Assembly (NCBI GenBank): GCA_031376505.1 | Contig: JANMDX010000328.1 | Coordinates: 1,044 to 65,043 of the forward strand | DNA length: 64,000 bases | Source: Acidobacteriota bacterium | Lineage (GTDB): Bacteria > Acidobacteriota > Vicinamibacteria > Vicinamibacterales > UBA2999 | Direction of reading: 5' to 3' | Part shown: piece after piece, positions 57,068-64,000 of the stretch | How the letters are laid out: each line of letters opens with the position of its first letter | How positions within the stretch are numbered: position 1 is the first letter of the stretch | The notes under the pieces: generated by a model | Told to the model about the DNA's origin: nothing | Database searches by the model: none | Seen by the model: the letters and a program-made list of their open reading frames with translations, nothing else | Made by a program: the position numbers and the translations under genes

Positions 57068-57583
57068 GTGAGCATGGCCGTCATCATCGCGCTCGGCACC
57101 CTCGCCGCCGTCCTGGCCGTGATGGCGGGCGAGGCTGTGCTGTCGGCCCACAACGCGTCGGTACTGCGCGCCCGCGGCGCGGTAGAACCGCCGGGCGACG
57201 TGTATCGGCTCATGCAGTGGGCGTATCCGCTCGGGTTCATCGCGATGGCGCTCGAGGGCGCGGCGCGCGGCCCGTCGCCGCCGCCCGTGATGCTGGCAGG
57301 CCTCGTGGTATTCGGCGCGGCCAAGGCGCTCAAGGCCTGGGCGATCTCGTCGCTTGGTCCGCGCTGGTCGTTTCGCGTGCTCGTGCCCCCGGGTGAGCCA
57401 CCCGTCGTGCGGGGACCGTATCGCCTGATGTCGCATCCCAATTACCTGGCCGTCGGTGGTGAAATCGTCGGCGTGGCGCTGATTGTCGGCGCGCCCGTGT
57501 CGGGCATCGGGGCCTTCGTGGGCTTCGGCTGGCTGATGCTGAGGCGCATCGCGGTCGAGGACCACGCGCTGGGACGGCGATAG
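57068..57583 (+). CDS. ICMT-family membrane methyltransferase (short form)
   Basis: Four or five TM segments; GPYRLMSHPNYLAVGGEIVG...VEDHAL signature. Confidence 0.8.
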   Translation: MSMAVIIALGTLAAVLAVMAGEAVLSAHNASVLRARGAVEPPGDVYRLMQWAYPLGFIAMALEGAARGPSPPPVMLAGLVVFGAAKALKAWAISSLGPRWSFRVLVPPGEPPVVRGPYRLMSHPNYLAVGGEIVGVALIVGAPVSGIGAFVGFGWLMLRRIAVEDHALGRR

Positions 57584-57591
57584 GATTGGGT

Positions 57592-59025
57592 ATGGTACAA
57601 ACGGCGCCACCAACGGCCCTCGCGGCGGTGAACGACACCTCGCGCGCGGTCGCGTGGTCTGACCTGCTGACTAGCGTGTTCGCTCTGCTGGCCGTGTCGG
57701 CGGCTCTCACCGGCGGGTTCCGCACCGACCTGCTGGGACTCAAGGTGTCGGTCACGTCGTGGACGAGGCCGGCGCTGTTGGCGTTGTTGATCCTGGCGCT
57801 GCGCCACTGGTGGCGCCCTGCGCCGTCGATTGTGAGTCGCGCGCTGCAGGGCCTGCGCGCGTGGCGGGCGAGTCCGGTCACCCAGGGCACGTGGCCGGTC
57901 GTCGTAGCCACACGCGTCGGCGTGCTCGTCGTGGGCCTCATGTCCGTCTACGCCATTGGGTATCCCGAAGGGCGCGCCCCCATCCGGGTGGCGGAGGGCG
58001 AGGTGGCCAACCTGCCGGCGCGTTTCGATGCCGGGTGGTATCTCAGCATTGCCACCCGGGGCTACGAGTACACGCCCAACCGGTTCGATCGCCAGCAGAA
58101 CCTCGTGTTCTTCCCCGCGTTCCCCACGCTGATGCACGGCGCGTCGTTGCTGGTCGCGCGCCAGGAACTGTGGGCGGGCACGCTGCTGTCGATGCTCGCC
58201 TTTGCCTGGGCGGCCCGCTATCTCTTCCGGCTCGCTCGGGGCATGATGGACGACCAGCGCGCGACCGTGGCGGTGGCGCTGCTGGCCACGTACCCGTTTG
58301 CGGTGTTCTTCAGCGCGCCGTACACCGAGGCGTTGTTCCTGCTGGCGATGCTCGGCGCGTGGTACCACCTGCGCCGCGATGAACGGTGGGCCGCATTTGC
58401 CTGGGGCCTGCTGGCGGGACTGACTCGCCCCAACGGCTGCCTGCTCTCGATTCCGCTGGCCCTGCTCGTGGTCGGGCCGCTCTGGCAGCGCGGTCTGCTG
58501 CGCCGTCCGCCCGGGGGCTGGGTGAGCGTTGCCGATCGGTTGATGGTGGCTGCGGCGCCAGGGTTCGGGATGCTGCTCTACTCGGCGTATGTGTACGAGG
58601 TCACTGGCGATCCGCTGATGTGGGTGCGCCTTCAAGCCGCCTGGGGACGCCAGAATTTGGGTGCCGCGTCGTTTCTCGTGGGCGAATGGCAGTCGGTGGC
58701 CCAGCAGGGGGCCTACCAGTACGCCACGCGCAATGTGCCCGACTTTCTGAACCTGCTGGCGGCCGGGCTGGTCACGGCCGCGGTTGTGCCAGTCTGGCGG
58801 CGCTTCGGCGTCGCTCCGGCCGCGCTGCTGGTGGTGAACCTCGTGCCGTCACTGGCGAGCGGGGGCTGGCTCTCGGTGGGGCGTGCGACGTCGGTGCTGT
58901 TCCCGGTGTTTCTGTGGCTCGCCGATGCGGTCGCCCCTCGGCACAGGACGGCCGTGCTGGTGGGCTTTGCCGGGGTGCAGGCGTTTGCCGCGATGCTGTT
59001 TTTCACCTGGCGTCCGCTGTTCTGA
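57592..59025 (+). CDS. PIG-V/GT76-like integral membrane mannosyltransferase family protein
   Basis: FDAGWYLSIATRGYEY and LVFFPAFP motifs; polytopic. ATG 57592 was chosen; TTG 57586 is possible. Confidence 0.7.
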   Translation: MVQTAPPTALAAVNDTSRAVAWSDLLTSVFALLAVSAALTGGFRTDLLGLKVSVTSWTRPALLALLILALRHWWRPAPSIVSRALQGLRAWRASPVTQGTWPVVVATRVGVLVVGLMSVYAIGYPEGRAPIRVAEGEVANLPARFDAGWYLSIATRGYEYTPNRFDRQQNLVFFPAFPTLMHGASLLVARQELWAGTLLSMLAFAWAARYLFRLARGMMDDQRATVAVALLATYPFAVFFSAPYTEALFLLAMLGAWYHLRRDERWAAFAWGLLAGLTRPNGCLLSIPLALLVVGPLWQRGLLRRPPGGWVSVADRLMVAAAPGFGMLLYSAYVYEVTGDPLMWVRLQAAWGRQNLGAASFLVGEWQSVAQQGAYQYATRNVPDFLNLLAAGLVTAAVVPVWRRFGVAPAALLVVNLVPSLASGGWLSVGRATSVLFPVFLWLADAVAPRHRTAVLVGFAGVQAFAAMLFFTWRPLF

Positions 59026-59164
59026 TGCCGAGCCCTCGTGCCCGCACGGCCGGCCAGAACGTGCCGGCCACCGTCTCTACTACCGTGTGAGACGAAGCCG
59101 TATACTGGCCATCAGGTCGTTCATGAGGTGTTGCTTCCGATACTCTCCCGCTCGACGGGCGCCG

Positions 59165-61642
59165 ATGAGGCTGGCGGCGTGCCTGCTCATGACCTGGGCC
59201 TCGGTCTCGACCGCGCAGACACCGCCGCCGTCAGGGGATCCCCGCGTCGCCGCGGCGCGTGCGCTCGATCGTGGCCGCTACGACGAGGTCCACACGCTGG
59301 TTGGCAGCCTCTCGACCGATGCGACCGCCGCCGTGCTGCGTGCGCGCGCCTTTGTGGCGGTCGGCCGGTACGCCGAGGCCGACAAGGTGCTGCAGCCGGC
59401 CGTGCTCGAGCATCCGATTGGTGACGCGGCGGTGGAGCTGGGCATCCTGCAGCGCATGCTCGGCCGCCGCGAAGCGATGCGCACGCTCTCGCTGATCCTG
59501 TCGCGCGATCTGGTCGCGGCGACGGCGCCCGACTACGTGCGCGCCGGGCGTGCGGCCCGCGCGCTTGGCCGATTCCAGCAGGCCAACGACTACTTCCGCG
59601 ACGCGATTGCCCAGGCTCCGACCGATCTCGCGGCCAACGTTGCCTGGGGTGAGCTCTTCCTCGAGAAGCACAACCGCACCGACGCCGCACGGTCGTTCCA
59701 GGCCGCGCTCCGGACCAGCGCCGAGGATCCGGCCGCGCTGATGGGCATGGCGCGCACGGTGGCTGACGACAACCCGCCGCTGGCACGCAAGCTCGCCCAG
59801 CAGGTACTGACGATCAACCCGCAATCGACCGGCGCGCGCGTGCTGCTGGCCGAGCTGGCGCTCGATGACACCAAGCGTCCCGATGCCAAGACCGAGTTGG
59901 CTCTGGCGCTCGCGGTGAACCCGAACCACTTCGAGGCGCTGGCGCTCACGGCCGCCGTGGCGTGGCTGGACAAGCGCACCGGAGACTACACCGCGGCGAC
60001 TGATGCCGTCTTGAAGCTGAACCCCACCTACGGTGAGGTGTTCCGCGTGGTGGGCGCGCAGTCGGCCCGCAACTACCGATTCGAAGAAGCCGCCGAGCTC
60101 GTGCGGCGCGCCATCACCATCGACCGCGAGAACACGCGAGCCTTTGCCGACCTCGGCGCGCATCTGATGCGCACGGGCGACGAGCGCGGCGCCCGGCGCG
60201 CGCTTGAAACGGCCTTCCGCGTCGACCCGTACGACGTCGTGACCTACAACCTGCTGGGCCTGCTCGACACCCTCGACGGTTTCGAGACGATTCGCGAAGG
60301 GGACCTGGTGATTCGGCTGCACCCGGACGAAGCTGGGGTGATGCGCGAGTACGTGCCGGCGCTGGCGAATGAGGCCCTGGCGGCATTGTCGAAACGCTGG
60401 AACTTCACGCCGACTGGGCCGATTCTCATCGAGATGTTCCCGCGCCACGACGACTTCGCCGTGCGTAACGTGGGCCTGCCCGGCATGATCGGCGCGCTCG
60501 GCGCGTGCTTCGGCAAGGTGGTCACGCTCGACTCACCCAAGGCCCGTCCACCAGGCGAGTTCAACTGGGGCGCCACGCTGTGGCACGAGCTGGCACACGT
60601 GATCACGCTGCAACTGTCGAACCAGCGGGTGCCGCGGTGGCTCACCGAGGGCATTTCGGTCTGGGAAGAGACGCGTGGCCGCGCCGAGTGGGGCCGCGAA
60701 ATGGAAGTGACCTTTGCCGGTGCCATCAATCGTGGGCAGGTGATGAAGCTGCGCGACCTGAACGCCGGCTTCAGCAACCCCGAGACGATCTCGCTGGCGT
60801 ATTACCAGGCGTCGCTTCTGGTCGAGCACATCGTGCAGCGCTTTTCAGAAGCATCGCTCCGGGAACTCGTGCGGGTGTTTGCCGACGACCTGGAGACCGA
60901 AGCCGCCGTGACGCGCGTGCTCAAGGTGCCGATCGACGACCTGCAGAAGACGTTCGACGGCTTTCTCGAAACGCGCTTCGGCATGCTGCGCTGGGCACTG
61001 GCGGCGCCCGAAGGCCTCGCGTCCGACCTGCCGGTCGAACGCCTGCGGGTATTGGCCGAGGCCAATGCCGGGAGTTTCCCGGTTCAGATGGCTCTGGCGC
61101 GGGCGCTCGAGGCACGCGACGCGGATGCGGCCCTGGCCGCCTATCAGAAGGCGGCGGCCCTGGTGCCGATGGCGACCGGCGATGGCAATCCGCAGGCGCG
61201 TATCGCCGCGCTCGTGCAGGCCAAGGGCGACAAGGCCGGCGCGGCCCGCGCGCTCGAGACCCTCACGAGCTTTGACCACACCGACGTGGTGTCGGCGCGG
61301 CAACTCGTCGCGCTGTTGGACCCTGCCACCGACGGGCCACGGCGGCGCGCGGCGCTTGCCAAGGTCGTGGCGGTCGATCCGTTTGACGCGGCCGCGCACG
61401 CCGAACTCGGCCGGTTCGCACTGGCGGCCGGTAGTCTGCCCGAGGCGGTACGGTCGTTTCGCGTGGCCGTGGCTGCCGGTGCCACCGATCGCGCGGGCGC
61501 GCATGCCGATCTGGGCGAAGCACTCGAGAAGTCCGGCGCCAAAGACGACGCCAAGCACCAGGCGCTGCTGGCGCTCGAAGTGGCGCCGACCTACGCCCGC
61601 GCGCAGGACCTGCTTCTGCGACTCGTGGAGCCGCCGCGGTGA
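59165..61642 (+). CDS. secreted TPR-repeat protein with an embedded HExxH peptidase-MA-like domain
   Basis: Trimmed to ATG 59165 (MRLAACLLMTWASVSTAQ signal). TPR-like helices on both sides. ATLWHELAHVITL plus WLTEGISVWEE resembles a gluzincin HExxH...E arrangement. Confidence 0.8.
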   Translation: MRLAACLLMTWASVSTAQTPPPSGDPRVAAARALDRGRYDEVHTLVGSLSTDATAAVLRARAFVAVGRYAEADKVLQPAVLEHPIGDAAVELGILQRMLGRREAMRTLSLILSRDLVAATAPDYVRAGRAARALGRFQQANDYFRDAIAQAPTDLAANVAWGELFLEKHNRTDAARSFQAALRTSAEDPAALMGMARTVADDNPPLARKLAQQVLTINPQSTGARVLLAELALDDTKRPDAKTELALALAVNPNHFEALALTAAVAWLDKRTGDYTAATDAVLKLNPTYGEVFRVVGAQSARNYRFEEAAELVRRAITIDRENTRAFADLGAHLMRTGDERGARRALETAFRVDPYDVVTYNLLGLLDTLDGFETIREGDLVIRLHPDEAGVMREYVPALANEALAALSKRWNFTPTGPILIEMFPRHDDFAVRNVGLPGMIGALGACFGKVVTLDSPKARPPGEFNWGATLWHELAHVITLQLSNQRVPRWLTEGISVWEETRGRAEWGREMEVTFAGAINRGQVMKLRDLNAGFSNPETISLAYYQASLLVEHIVQRFSEASLRELVRVFADDLETEAAVTRVLKVPIDDLQKTFDGFLETRFGMLRWALAAPEGLASDLPVERLRVLAEANAGSFPVQMALARALEARDADAALAAYQKAAALVPMATGDGNPQARIAALVQAKGDKAGAARALETLTSFDHTDVVSARQLVALLDPATDGPRRRAALAKVVAVDPFDAAAHAELGRFALAAGSLPEAVRSFRVAVAAGATDRAGAHADLGEALEKSGAKDDAKHQALLALEVAPTYARAQDLLLRLVEPPR

Positions 61643-62526
61643 TCGCGGCGGTCGGGCGAGTGTGGCGCGCCGCAGTGCGCCGCGCGCCGCTGCTGGCGGC
61701 GGTAGCGGGACTCGTGCTGTGCGTGGCACCGGCCGTGTCCTCGCTCGGACGCGCCGCAGCGCAGCAGGCCTCCGGATTTCGGGAATTGCGCGCGCGCGCC
61801 CTCGGCGAGCAGTCCGGGGTCTTCAAGGAAGACCGCCTGGCCGGCCTGCAGTGGACCTTCGTGCGCCTCAAGTACACGCCCACCACGGGCGACCTCGCGA
61901 TGCGCACGCGCTTTGGCTTCTGGGACGATCCCTGGGCGATTGATGGCCCCGCCGCGGAGCAGAACCTGTCGCGGCGCGTGCAGACCGCCACGTCCATCGA
62001 GGTGGGTGAGCCGCTCGTCATGGCGATCGACGATCCGCGGCTGTGGCAGTACCCGTGGGTCTACATCGTCGAGCCGAGCAACATGGTGTTGAGCGACACG
62101 GAGGCCGCCACGCTCCGCGAGTTCCTGCTGCGCGGCGGGACGTTGACGTTCGATGACTTCCACGGGTCATTCGAGTGGGAACTCACGGCGCGGCAACTCG
62201 CCAAGATTTTTCCGGACCGCGAGATCGTCGACCTGCCGCCGTCGCACCCGATCTTCTCATCGTTCTACTCCTTCGACCGCTACCCGCAGGTGCCCGGTCT
62301 CGGTTCCTTCTTCAACGGGCGCATGTGGGAGAAGGGCGGCTACACGGCGCGCCTCCGGGCGATCCTGGATGACTCTGGCCGGCCCATGGTGCTTGCCAAC
62401 TGGAACACCGACATGGGCGACGGGTGGGAGTGGTCAAACGCCGAGGAGTATCCCGGATATTTGAAGTGGACGGCCGTGGCGTATCAGATGATGATCAACG
62501 AGATCGTCTACACACTCACGCATTAG
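61639..62526 (+). CDS. DUF4159-domain protein
   Basis: GTGA overlap with the upstream gene. Motifs: WQYPWVYIVEPSNMVLSDTEAATLREFLLRGGTLTFDDFHG and ANWNTDMGDGWEW. Confidence 0.8.
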   Translation: MIAAVGRVWRAAVRRAPLLAAVAGLVLCVAPAVSSLGRAAAQQASGFRELRARALGEQSGVFKEDRLAGLQWTFVRLKYTPTTGDLAMRTRFGFWDDPWAIDGPAAEQNLSRRVQTATSIEVGEPLVMAIDDPRLWQYPWVYIVEPSNMVLSDTEAATLREFLLRGGTLTFDDFHGSFEWELTARQLAKIFPDREIVDLPPSHPIFSSFYSFDRYPQVPGLGSFFNGRMWEKGGYTARLRAILDDSGRPMVLANWNTDMGDGWEWSNAEEYPGYLKWTAVAYQMMINEIVYTLTH

Positions 62527-62528
62527 GA

Positions 62529-62570
62529 CTAGCGGCTAGCGGCTAGGGGCTAGCGGCTAGGAGGGGCTAG
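62529..62570. repeat. heptameric CTAG-containing tandem repeat in the DUF4159-moxR spacer
   Basis: CTAG occurs at 62529, 62536, 62543, 62550 and 62557 (exact 7-nt period, unit CGGCTAG/GGGCTAG), with one more at 62567. Together with the upstream stop, this places TAG in all three frames. Confidence 0.9.
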
Positions 62571-62584
62571 GGAACAGGGCTCGC

Positions 62585-63595
<1,011 letters not shown>

Positions 63596-63598
63596 CGC

Positions 63599-64000
63599 AT
63601 GGCGGGTCCGGCACGCTATCTCGACCCCGTGGTGCTCGCTCGGATCGGCTCGCTCGATCTGAAGGCCAAGACCGTGGTGGAAGGCGTACTGACGGGACTG
63701 CACCGCAGTCCGCGGCGCGGGTTCAGCGTCGAGTTTGCCGAGTACCGTCAGTACCTGCCGGGTGACGCCCTCTCTACGATCGACTGGAAGGTGTTTGCGC
63801 GCACCGACCGTCATTATGTCAAGAAGTTCGAGGAAGACACCAACCTCGACTGCCATCTGCTGCTCGATGTGAGCGCGTCGATGCACTACGGATCGCGCGG
63901 CGTCACCAAGGCAGAGTACGGTTGCTTCCTGGCTGCGTCGCTGGCCTACCTGATGCATCGCCAGCGCGATGCCGTCGGTCTCATCGCGTTCGACGATCGC
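63599..64000 (+). CDS. DUF58-domain protein (MoxR partner), first 134 codons; continues beyond the right window edge
   Basis: Absent from the ORF track because it has no in-window stop. ATG 63599: MAGPARYLDPVVLARIGSLDLKAKTVVEGVLTGLHRSPRRGFSVEFAEYRQYLPGD...IDWKVFARTD... Confidence 0.85.
   Translation, partial: MAGPARYLDPVVLARIGSLDLKAKTVVEGVLTGLHRSPRRGFSVEFAEYRQYLPGDALSTIDWKVFARTDRHYVKKFEEDTNLDCHLLLDVSASMHYGSRGVTKAEYGCFLAASLAYLMHRQRDAVGLIAFDDR

Noticed and set aside
59048-59069. Hairpin GGCCGGC-N8-GCCGGCC after the PIG-V-like gene considered as a terminator.
   Set aside because: It is only a 7-bp stem with no U-tract. Such GC palindromes are frequent by chance in this composition.
62529-62570. 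CTAG heptamer array considered as a CRISPR or mini-CRISPR.
   Set aside because: The units are 7 nt with no spacers, the total length is about 42 nt, and there are no cas genes. It is a simple tandem repeat.

Overview
This 64-kb window comes from a very GC-rich bacterial chromosome (GC not computed). One ORF looks like the VWFA-related domain family typical of Acidobacteriota, so that phylum is my guess; this is inference only. Coding is dense on both strands. I support about 58 protein genes and one tRNA-Leu(CAA). I see no rRNA, CRISPR array, transposase, integrase or phage gene.

Housekeeping genes are scattered through the window: ispG, carD, plsC, lepB, a solitary nuoI, a fused homocysteine-methyltransferase/MTHFR, lon, rex, moaC and an OPT transporter. 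Between them is an unusual concentration of envelope glycan and lipid-modification genes: three GT2, two GT4, three GT-C/ArnT-like enzymes plus one PIG-V-like enzyme, a NodB deacetylase, an acyltransferase-3, a PagL-like deacylase and two paralogous flavoproteins.

Candidates for an undescribed system, in order of interest:
1. 7.35-12.1 kb: an orphan processive GT2 synthase, translationally coupled to a membrane-anchored HEAT-repeat protein and a triple-receiver protein. That protein's GGDEF motif is destroyed but its RxxD I-site is intact. It is transcribed divergently from two tandem secreted paralogues at 12.3-16.0 kb, one carrying a BNR propeller.
2. 39.4-44.2 kb: a Gtr/Arn-like lipid-carrier glycosylation cassette with an embedded flavoprotein.
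3. 53.8-59.0 kb: a stand-alone CHH ketosynthase, a GGR-type flavoprotein and two ICMT-family membrane methyltransferases.
4. 16.2-21.0 kb: an operon of a SAM methyltransferase, a membrane MutS paralogue and a HerA/DUF853-like NTPase.

Limits:
- All family calls come from motifs I recognise by eye. No alignment or HMM search was run.
- Many track ORFs are over-extended at the N-terminus or are antisense shadow ORFs typical of high-GC DNA. I trimmed or rejected them.
- Two genes truncated by the window edges (1-816 minus, 63599-64000 plus) are missing from the ORF track.
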